The notes beneath the pieces are model-generated. The model made no database searches. It was not told the origin of the DNA and worked only from the letters and a program-made list of their open reading frames with translations. A DNA stretch of 41,481 nt from Candidatus Multivoradales bacterium (GTDB lineage: Bacteria; Acidobacteriota; Thermoanaerobaculia; Multivoradales; J023): NCBI GenBank assembly GCA_965248925.1, contig CBDFLE010000002.1, positions 1 through 41,481 on the forward strand. Reading direction: 5' to 3'. Shown in pieces: positions 33,708-41,164 of the stretch. The first letter of the stretch is position 1. Each line of letters starts with the position of its first letter. The position numbers and the translations under genes are program-made.

Positions 33708-36570
33708 CTCGGCTGGACACGGCAACACGCAGTCGATCGCTCGCGTCGCATCCGAGTTCGGTCAGACGTTCGACCAATGGACCAAGCGCGACCCGCTAGG
33801 GGGTATCGGCTGGAGCACCCCGATCCGCGAGCTCGACGGCGCCAACTCGATGTCGTGGACGAACCTAGTGGGTTCGCTGCTCGGATCGGCTGCGTTTCCT
33901 CACCCGCTCTCTAGCTTCTCGCTCTCGAGCTCGGGTACCTACTCCAGTCAGCACACAGTTCACGTTCGCGTCGCCTACTCGAACAGCTTCCTGTATTGGG
34001 AGATCGGGCCAGGGACGGCACTGCACAACGTCGGCGGTGTCGCCGACAATATGTATGCGCTGCTCGCCGGCAATATCGGTGTTGCGCTGCCGTTCCTCGC
34101 CCTCATCAAACTCGCCTCGGGGGGGCTTGGGATCTCGGTCGTCACCTTGACCGTGGGCACGAACGCGATCGTTCGGCAAAACGACATCCTCTCGCTTTCG
34201 TACCGCAAGAACTCGGCCGGCGGCGGCTCGGTGGATCTTGCGATCATGGTAAACGGTGTCGTGAAGGCCACCGGGACCGACGCGAGTTCGCCCTACGACA
34301 TCGCCACCCTGCCTGGAAAGTTCGGCCTCTACGGCGACTTGATCCAAGCGATTTTTACGTCGGACATGGGCCACCACCTCCAGGAGTGGTGGGTAACCGA
34401 CGGGTGGCAAACGTTCGAGCAGACACCGAGTGTCTACCCGGAGCTCCAGCGCTCGCTACGCCTGACGTTCATGGATCGCCAGCGGTTCACGACAGCCACG
34501 CAACCGAAGATCAAGGCGATCGTCGGTGGCCTCACAAAATGTCGGTGGACATACAAGAGGATCGGCGGGTGTGCGACGCTGTCGGCTGAGTTCCGATACC
34601 CGGACGACGACGATCCGGTAGCGGCTTCGTTTCGTGCGCCGACTCATGCCGACTGGGCTTCGGGTAACTGGCTCGGCGGCGACGTGATCCTCTCGCTCCC
34701 CTTCACTGCGCTCGAGGCAGATCCAAACGTAGCACTGACAGCGAAGCCCGACGCGGTGTGGCGCGGTCGTGTGACCAAATTGAAGCTAGACACCGATACG
34801 CGCGTCGTCAAGGTGACAGCCGAAGGCCTGTTCTCGGCGATGCGCGAGCGGGTGGTCGGCGAGAGGGATTACGACGACACGGTTCGGGCGATCATTATCG
34901 ACGTGATCTCGTCGACGGCGAAGAGCGCCACGCTCGACACAGCCTACCGATACAATCCGGCGAAGATCGTCGGCCTCCAATCGGCGCTCGACCTGAGGGT
35001 GAAGCTCGAGGTTCGCGCGCAGACGGTAAAATCGATCCTCGACAAGCTGTCGGCCTACTTGCCCGACGGCGTCGTGTGGGGTGTCGACCGCGATGGCGAG
35101 TTCTTCCTCGATCAACAGCTCGACGGCTGGACGGTTGGGCACGACGGCAACGGCGTCCTGACGTTCGACGCGACGAGAGACGGCGTTGACTTCGACCTCG
35201 GGATCGACGTCGGTCGCGTCAGGACGATCGTCAACGTGATCGGCAGCGAGGACAAAGCCGGTGGGACCACGGCCAAGACCTCGCTCGCTGGGCGAGTCTA
35301 CGGCCGCGCCGAAGCCGAGAGAGCCAGCGAGCTCTACGGTGAGCGCGCTGAGATTCACACCGACTCAGGGATCGAGGAGGCCGGCCTCGCCTTCAAGGTG
35401 GCACTCACGAGTTTGAAGGGCGCCGTCGCGCCGAGGATCACCGCGAAGCTCAGGGTCGCCAATCCGTTTCGTGGGCTGCGGTCGCTCTACCAATCGCTCA
35501 CGGTCTCGGCGCCGCGGGTCATGGTTCGCGACTCGTCAGAGGCTGAGAAAAAGCTCCGGTTCTACGATGACGTGCCCAGCTTCTCAGCGAAGGAGGAAGG
35601 CTCGAGCGGCGCGGGGTTGGCGTTTCCGCTCTCGGTATCGGAGCAAAACCTTGAGCGGTCCTGGCTCGTTCACTGTGCGCTAAAGTTCGACCTGGCTCAC
35701 CCTGGCGTTGCTGGCCAGGACGCCTTTGTTTTTGGTCGCCCGGACGATGCCTTGGGCGGGCTTGGTTGGGGCTCGCTCTGGTGGCAATTCAATAGCGGTA
35801 ACCTGTTTTGGCAATTCACACCGATCACCGGTGGGATCTCGTTCATCAATACGGGCATCAACGTTCCAATCGCTGGGCCGGGGACGGTCGTCGACTTCAC
35901 GGTGTGGCGAGACGCGAGCGGGACCTTCCGCTTCTACGACGGAAACACGCTCACGGCGACGTCGGCCTTGCCTGCCACGACGATGAAGACCGGGCCGGTC
36001 GGGGCCTGGCGTTGGTTCTTCAACGGGATCTCGGTTACCAACTACATCGACGGTGACGTTTCGGCGCGTCACTTCTGGTGTTTCGATGCGGTTCCGCTGC
36101 AAGCGCTAAAGTCGGCCGCGTTCTCACCGGTGCAAGACTTCATTGCGCGCAACGCCGGCGGACCGTTGCACCGCAACGATGCACACGGGTTGCTGACCTA
36201 CATACCGCTGCGTGAGCAGTGGTCGGTAGACACCTACGCCGGCGTAACGGGGAACCCATCACTCAGCGTACCGATGGCGTTGATCGCGCCGAGCCTCGAC
36301 ACTAAGTCGGCTGCGCCTGGGACGCCCGACGGCGACGACTTCGACGGCACGCCGAGCGGGCTTACTGTGGGCACCGAGAAGAAGTGGGGAGGGCCATGGG
36401 TCTTCAACGCCGAGCGAGTTTCTTACACTTACGACGCCGACTCGGGGACGCTGACCCGCGACTTCGTCCTCGGCGACTTCCCTCTCGATGGGATGGCGAC
36501 GCTCGCTCGTGTTCAGGCTCAGGTTGAGAAATTGGGCGACATCCTCAAACGAGTGGGGAAATCGATCTAG
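33700..36570 (+). CDS. Baseplate hub/Tal-like protein with lectin (LamG/ConA-like) insertions
   Basis: Hub motifs RIGGCATLS, VWRGRV, WGVDRDGEFF, VNVIG, ELYGER. Beta-sandwich segments at the N-terminus and about aa 625-890. Confidence 0.7.
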   Translation: MSNSAGHGNTQSIARVASEFGQTFDQWTKRDPLGGIGWSTPIRELDGANSMSWTNLVGSLLGSAAFPHPLSSFSLSSSGTYSSQHTVHVRVAYSNSFLYWEIGPGTALHNVGGVADNMYALLAGNIGVALPFLALIKLASGGLGISVVTLTVGTNAIVRQNDILSLSYRKNSAGGGSVDLAIMVNGVVKATGTDASSPYDIATLPGKFGLYGDLIQAIFTSDMGHHLQEWWVTDGWQTFEQTPSVYPELQRSLRLTFMDRQRFTTATQPKIKAIVGGLTKCRWTYKRIGGCATLSAEFRYPDDDDPVAASFRAPTHADWASGNWLGGDVILSLPFTALEADPNVALTAKPDAVWRGRVTKLKLDTDTRVVKVTAEGLFSAMRERVVGERDYDDTVRAIIIDVISSTAKSATLDTAYRYNPAKIVGLQSALDLRVKLEVRAQTVKSILDKLSAYLPDGVVWGVDRDGEFFLDQQLDGWTVGHDGNGVLTFDATRDGVDFDLGIDVGRVRTIVNVIGSEDKAGGTTAKTSLAGRVYGRAEAERASELYGERAEIHTDSGIEEAGLAFKVALTSLKGAVAPRITAKLRVANPFRGLRSLYQSLTVSAPRVMVRDSSEAEKKLRFYDDVPSFSAKEEGSSGAGLAFPLSVSEQNLERSWLVHCALKFDLAHPGVAGQDAFVFGRPDDALGGLGWGSLWWQFNSGNLFWQFTPITGGISFINTGINVPIAGPGTVVDFTVWRDASGTFRFYDGNTLTATSALPATTMKTGPVGAWRWFFNGISVTNYIDGDVSARHFWCFDAVPLQALKSAAFSPVQDFIARNAGGPLHRNDAHGLLTYIPLREQWSVDTYAGVTGNPSLSVPMALIAPSLDTKSAAPGTPDGDDFDGTPSGLTVGTEKKWGGPWVFNAERVSYTYDADSGTLTRDFVLGDFPLDGMATLARVQAQVEKLGDILKRVGKSI

Positions 36571-37136
36571 TGGTCTCTCTCTACCCACGGAACCTCGACG
36601 CCTTCCGCGCCTACGTCACCAGCTTCGACGAGATGATCGCTCCCGACCTGGTCGACCTGGTCGACGCGGTGATCGCCATCGAGACCGAGCTCGGCTTGCG
36701 GCCGGCTGGCGAGGCCGGAACGATCTTCGGTCGCCTGTTCGGCACCGGCAACATTTCGGAGATCAACCCGGGGTGGCGTCGGTTGAAGTGGGGCATGGTG
36801 ACAGCGAACGGGTACGCCTTCTCCCGCGAGAGAACAGCTGGGTTCGCTGTTTCCTGGAGCCCGCCAATCTTCGAGGGCGCAGAGACAGTGTTCGGCGAGG
36901 ACATCCCAGCAGCGTTCGGCGCCCTCCAGGGCCCGCTAACGACAACCGGGCCGACCGGGCGGAAACAAGCCCCCTGGCGGACAGCGCTCAACGACACCAA
37001 AAAAGGATCCGCTGCTTGGTATGGTCAGGATGGCGACGGGACCGTGATCGGTGGAGTTTCACCCCGGAACCCTGAACTCAACGTAGGAAACAGTGTCCCC
37101 GTCACCTGGGGGTACGTGATCTGGTCCCTGTCATAG
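36570..37136 (+). CDS. Minor tail/fibre protein (paralog 1)
   Basis: N-terminal YPRNLDAF...DAVIAIETELG attachment-type motif. Confidence 0.65.
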   Translation: MVSLYPRNLDAFRAYVTSFDEMIAPDLVDLVDAVIAIETELGLRPAGEAGTIFGRLFGTGNISEINPGWRRLKWGMVTANGYAFSRERTAGFAVSWSPPIFEGAETVFGEDIPAAFGALQGPLTTTGPTGRKQAPWRTALNDTKKGSAAWYGQDGDGTVIGGVSPRNPELNVGNSVPVTWGYVIWSLS

Positions 37137-37149
37137 AGGCGAAAACACA

Positions 37150-37593
37150 ATGCTAGTTCGAGCAAAAGTCGAGGTCACCCTAACCGCCTCGACCACGGTC
37201 TCAGTTCTCATGCTGAAGGCAGCGACTGGTCACCCGTTCAAGCTCCTCGAGGTCGGTTGCAGCTTCCGCAACGGCTTGGCAGCTGACGAAGCGGTCGCCG
37301 TCGAGGTCTCTCGCGCATCGACTGATGGCACGGCCGTGGCGCTCACGTTGTTCAAGCTCAACGACAACACCGAGACGATCCAGACCACGGGGACCGAGAC
37401 TTTCACGGTCGAGCCGACGCTCGTCGCGAATGATCTCTTCGACTTCTTCGTCTCGCCGGCGCCGGGCGGCGGACTCATTTGGACCCCACCGGGCGAGGTC
37501 ATCATCCCTGGCGGTGGCCGCGCGGTCATCCGCACCATCACCCAAGCGGGCGTCACTCCGACGGCTCGCTTCTACGCACACATCGAAGAGTGA
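37150..37593 (+). CDS. Beta-sandwich (jelly-roll-like) minor virion protein
   Basis: All-beta composition within the tail tip module. Confidence 0.6.
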   Translation: MLVRAKVEVTLTASTTVSVLMLKAATGHPFKLLEVGCSFRNGLAADEAVAVEVSRASTDGTAVALTLFKLNDNTETIQTTGTETFTVEPTLVANDLFDFFVSPAPGGGLIWTPPGEVIIPGGGRAVIRTITQAGVTPTARFYAHIEE

Positions 37594-38321
37594 GGCAGGC
37601 ACCGAAGATCTCGAGAGGCGGGGGGGCGCGTCCCCCGTCGCCAGTGCGTTCGCGGGTATTGGTGCGCCCCCCCGCCTCGAGGTCGAGGTCGATCCGACCC
37701 AACGACGAAGGCCTCATCGAAGACATCGCCGCGCCGTCGGCGTTGGTGGTCCGATACCCCGCTGCGTTGGACACTCCCCCGGCGTTCGCTGGCGACCAGT
37801 CGACGCCCGTCGTGGGGTTGTTCCACAACTACCTTGGCTTGCTGATCGAGGCTGTGCAAGCCGAGATCGGCCCGATGGATCTCAAGCAATTCTCGGTGCC
37901 GTCGACGTTGATGTTCTGGCTCGGCACCGAGGTCACGGGGAGTCGAATCTCGAACTGGCGCAGCCAAGCCAAGACGTCTGGCGGTAACGCTGCTGGGCAG
38001 ATCTTCGGCCTACACAAGCGAGTCGTGAGCGGCACTGGTTCGCTCTACGACAGCACGCAGAGCACCAGCTTCAACGCGCTGCAAGGCCAACACCCCGCTT
38101 TCAAGACGCCAGTCTTGCTCGGCACCATGTCGGCTGGCGGTTTGGGTGCTGGTGTGTTTGCCGGTCCGGCGACGATCCGTGGCGGCGTCACTGGCTCGCC
38201 GATCGGCACGTACCAAGCGAACTACCGCGGCGCGAACGGGCTCTTCGCTGGCGGCTCGACAGCCAACCCGTCGACGTTTCAGGCTGATCTCCTGATCGTC
38301 TACATGGTGGAGGCGTTCTAG
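37590..38321 (+). CDS. Minor tail/fibre protein (paralog 2)
   Basis: GTGA overlap at 37590; YPAALDT...HNYLGLLIEAVQAEIG. Confidence 0.6.
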   Translation: MRQAPKISRGGGARPPSPVRSRVLVRPPASRSRSIRPNDEGLIEDIAAPSALVVRYPAALDTPPAFAGDQSTPVVGLFHNYLGLLIEAVQAEIGPMDLKQFSVPSTLMFWLGTEVTGSRISNWRSQAKTSGGNAAGQIFGLHKRVVSGTGSLYDSTQSTSFNALQGQHPAFKTPVLLGTMSAGGLGAGVFAGPATIRGGVTGSPIGTYQANYRGANGLFAGGSTANPSTFQADLLIVYMVEAF

Positions 38322-38888
38322 GTGGCGAAGTTTCCGCAGAGCGGCGAGGTCTTTATCCCGATCATCGACGGGTTCACGCCGATCACCGCGGCGGACCTCC
38401 AGGTGTATCAAGGCGCCATCGCGGCGGTCGAGGGGGCGCTTGGTGGCGGCTCGGTCAACATCGCCGACAACATCATCGGACCGAGCGCCTCGAACGCAGA
38501 CCTCGCCTCGAGGCTCGACGCCTTCCTCGATGCCGACGGCGGGTTGCGCGACGTGGTTTTCATGACCGGCTCGAACCCGCTCGGCTATTTCTCGGAGACT
38601 GGGTCGGGTGGGTTCTTCGGCTTCCCCAAGACGATCTCGAGGGCGGGCGAGGGAGTCGACAGCTACTTTGTGCACTTCGCCTTTAAAGGTGCTGGTTCGG
38701 TCGACGAAGGCGGCACCGATAGGTGGACGACAAAAGTCCCGGCGATCTGGGCGATCAACGGTCGCTCGCCGACGGGGTTGTTCATCGTGGCGCGCGAGAT
38801 GGATGGGACTCCCATCGACCCGGCGGCCGACGACACCGTCGAGTGGGCAATGTTGGTGGTTGGCTACGGCGCCTTCCTCGAGAACTGA
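38322..38888 (+). CDS. Minor tail/fibre protein (paralog 3)
   Basis: FPQSGEVF...AADLQVYQGAIAAVEGALG. C-terminus VEWAMLVVG resembles an H-type lectin/gp53-like end. Confidence 0.6.
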   Translation: MAKFPQSGEVFIPIIDGFTPITAADLQVYQGAIAAVEGALGGGSVNIADNIIGPSASNADLASRLDAFLDADGGLRDVVFMTGSNPLGYFSETGSGGFFGFPKTISRAGEGVDSYFVHFAFKGAGSVDEGGTDRWTTKVPAIWAINGRSPTGLFIVAREMDGTPIDPAADDTVEWAMLVVGYGAFLEN

Positions 38889-38891
38889 CTC

Positions 38892-39410
38892 ATGGGGCAG
38901 ACCGTCTACCTCCTGTTCGACGCTTCCTCGAGGCTGGTCCGCACAACCACCGGTTCGCAGACGACGGGCGCGATCGAACCGATGGGTCTGTTCTTCGAGC
39001 ATGGCAGCGGCAACCCGAATTCGCAGCACTGCCGCGCCATTGAGCTCGATCCAATAATCATCGAACACATTCGGCCGGAAGTGTGGATCAAGCTGTCCGG
39101 TCACTCGGTGTACACAGCGGACGGGTTGCAGGTCGACGATCTTGACACGATCCAAGCGAGGGAAACCGCTCTCCTACTCAACCGAACCGAGGCGCTGTTG
39201 GTCGACACGGCCTCGCAGCTGGGGGTATTGGATGGAGCCTTCAGGTTGCTCGGCGAGAACTTCCCGGCCTCAGCCGAAGGCGGCATCGCTCGATACGCTG
39301 AGATCCTCGAGAGTCACCTCCACGCGATTCGAGAGATCAAGGCCGGTAGACTTTCCGGGACCGTGAACCAAGTCCTAGCGGACCTCGCAGGCAAGAGGCT
39401 CCCCCTATGA
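38892..39410 (+). CDS. Hypothetical protein, possible tail fibre chaperone
   Basis: Position after the fibre-like genes; beta N-terminus and helical C-terminus. Confidence 0.5.
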   Translation: MGQTVYLLFDASSRLVRTTTGSQTTGAIEPMGLFFEHGSGNPNSQHCRAIELDPIIIEHIRPEVWIKLSGHSVYTADGLQVDDLDTIQARETALLLNRTEALLVDTASQLGVLDGAFRLLGENFPASAEGGIARYAEILESHLHAIREIKAGRLSGTVNQVLADLAGKRLPL

Positions 39411-39631
39411 AGCGCAGAACACTCGTCGCCCTTGTGGCGTTCTTTATCCTGTCCGGGTGCAGCGGTGTGTCTGAGGCCTACGTGAAGGCCGATCAGCTCA
39501 CTCACGACGCAATCGCGCCGGAGTATCTCGACTACGTCGCAGCAGACCCGGAGCTCGACGACGCGCAGAAGCAGCGTCGAGCTCGCACCGTCGCGACGTG
39601 GGCAACTCGACTTGAGAAGGTGACGAAATGA
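39407..39631 (+). CDS. Small lipoprotein (74 aa)
   Basis: MKRR, hydrophobic core and lipobox LSG-C. ATGA-coupled. Confidence 0.75.
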   Translation: MKRRTLVALVAFFILSGCSGVSEAYVKADQLTHDAIAPEYLDYVAADPELDDAQKQRRARTVATWATRLEKVTK

Positions 39632-39894
39632 CGATTCGAGACATGGTCGACCAGGTCCTCGAGGGTCTCGACGAAGAGTGGAGTGAGCCGCAACGCGAGC
39701 TCGCGAAGCAAGTCGCCGGCGACGTGCTGGCGCTTCAGGCGAAGGCAGCTATCGGTGGCGCCGTCGACCGCGAGCTCGCGCACGCAAACGCCTCGATTGC
39801 CTCGCTGGCAGCGGCAGGCCTCGAGACGGCGCGCGAGGCGATCACGAAGTCGGTGGCCGACTTCGGTGCGCTGCTGCTCAAGCGTCTCGTCTGA
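39628..39894 (+). CDS. Small helical protein co-translated with the lipoprotein
   Basis: ATGA overlap; amphipathic helices. Confidence 0.65.
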   Translation: MTIRDMVDQVLEGLDEEWSEPQRELAKQVAGDVLALQAKAAIGGAVDRELAHANASIASLAAAGLETAREAITKSVADFGALLLKRLV

Positions 39895-40018
39895 CCTTGC
39901 GGACTAGGCCGGCGACCAAGAGCCCGACGATCAGGATCAACAAGAACTGAACGCGGGCCGAGTCGCCGATCAGCCCGGGCGACGACAACGCGGCGAACCA
40001 ACTCTCGAGCCAATTCAT
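39878..40018 (-). CDS. Small membrane peptide (46 aa), not in the ORF track
   Basis: MNWLESWFAALSSPGLIGDSARVQFLLILIVGLLVAGLVRKVRRDA. ATGA-coupled to the PD-(D/E)XK gene. Confidence 0.6.
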   Translation of the reverse strand: MNWLESWFAALSSPGLIGDSARVQFLLILIVGLLVAGLVRKVRRDA

Positions 40019-40842
40019 GGGGCCGAGGCTACCTGTCCGCCGAAGGCAGATTCACACGAACTGACGTGGGGGCAGCTGCCCCGGTGGCAGCCGACCGCGG
40101 CGCGGTTCGGCGTGAAGGCGAAAGCCGTCCCGGTCAAGGCGTCGCGGATCGACTGCCTGAGGCCGGTGGCAACGGTGAGAGAGCGCCGCCAATGCTGCGG
40201 GTCGACCTCGATCGTGAATCGGTCGACTTGCCACGGAGCTCCATGCTCAAACGGATCGCCGCCATCAGCTGAACTGCTAAGGAAAATATCCACGGTCGGC
40301 GCCTCGAGGCGCAGGATCTCGGTTGCCGCGGTGCCCAGAATCCCCGCCTCGAGGTCGTTGTCGGCGCTGCTGAATGATAGGACGCGGAGAATTGACGCTC
40401 GTGGACGTTCTCCGTCGAAGCGTGTGACGAGAGGGGCTAGGCCCGAGAGCGTCCACGGGCCTCCTGTGTCCTCCAACGCCAACCCGAAGGGTATATCGGT
40501 CGACAGTATGGTCGCGCCTTCCGCCTCGAGGTGAGACCAGAACGCCCAAGCGGCGCGCGCCGCGGCGCCGGCGACCTCGGCACCTTGGCCGAGCTCGCCG
40601 GCGAAGTCCTGGGTCAGCGCGAGGACGTCGTCGGGGTGAGCTCGCGCCGAGGTGGCCTCGCGAGCTCGAATCAGATCTCGCACGACTCGCTGAGCGATGC
40701 GGTCGACGTTCTCGAGCGGCGGGTATTGGAGGTTCGGGTCGGTTTCGAGGTGGGCTCGGTAGAACCGATACGGGCACGCGCGGAAGTCTCGCACCATCGC
40801 GATCGAGACGTTCGCGACCGCCTCGCTAGGTACGACGCGCAC
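40015..40842 (-). CDS. PD-(D/E)XK superfamily (AddB/RecB/Cas4-like) protein with degenerate active site
   Basis: SIAMVRDFRACPYRFY and C-terminal FTPN...C....CPHVSSC. Catalytic D and D/ExK not found. Start GTG 40842 preferred over 40938. Confidence 0.7.
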   Translation of the reverse strand: MRVVPSEAVANVSIAMVRDFRACPYRFYRAHLETDPNLQYPPLENVDRIAQRVVRDLIRAREATSARAHPDDVLALTQDFAGELGQGAEVAGAAARAAWAFWSHLEAEGATILSTDIPFGLALEDTGGPWTLSGLAPLVTRFDGERPRASILRVLSFSSADNDLEAGILGTAATEILRLEAPTVDIFLSSSADGGDPFEHGAPWQVDRFTIEVDPQHWRRSLTVATGLRQSIRDALTGTAFAFTPNRAAVGCHRGSCPHVSSCESAFGGQVASAP

Positions 40843-41164
40843 GCTTGGCGACCGGCTTTCTCTTGGCCTTTGCTGCTGTGCGTCTGGCCGCTGTCTTGAA
40901 CATTCGAGCGGTGCGATCGAATGCGGCGTCGACCACATCGAGCTCGACGCCCAGCGCCTTGGCGATTCGTTGCATCGCCCACGGCGTTGGCTTCGGCTTG
41001 CGACCCTTCTTCAAGTCGTAGTAATACGAGCGGGAGATTCCGAACAGGCCGAAGAGCTCGCTCGGGCGACGGCTGTCCGCGGCAAGTAGCTCCGCGAAGC
41101 TCTTGATCTTGAGCTCGGCCAGAGTCTTGACTCGCCCGGGCGTGGAGGTCTTGCTAGTGGCCAT
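40826..41164 (-). CDS. XRE/Cro-CI family HTH transcriptional regulator
   Basis: ELFGLFGISRSYYYDLKKGRKPKP...MQRIAKALGV; basic C-terminal tail. Confidence 0.85.
   Translation of the reverse strand: MATSKTSTPGRVKTLAELKIKSFAELLAADSRRPSELFGLFGISRSYYYDLKKGRKPKPTPWAMQRIAKALGVELDVVDAAFDRTARMFKTAARRTAAKAKRKPVAKRARRT

Noticed and set aside
36570-38888. Diversity-generating retroelement or invertible tail cassette
   Set aside because: No reverse transcriptase or invertase and no near-identical TR/VR pair. Paralogy is visible only at protein level.
25499-39410. TAG stop-codon reassignment
   Set aside because: Conserved genes are full length under the standard code, TAG falls at expected ends (capsid ends TAG TAG), and no suppressor tRNA is seen.
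39899-39904. Single GCGGAC half-sites within coding sequence (also near 4646 and 27265)
   Set aside because: Unpaired and coding; expected by chance at this GC content.
40015-40842. cas4 as part of a CRISPR-Cas locus
   Set aside because: No other cas genes or array; stand-alone PD-(D/E)XK genes are common in phages.
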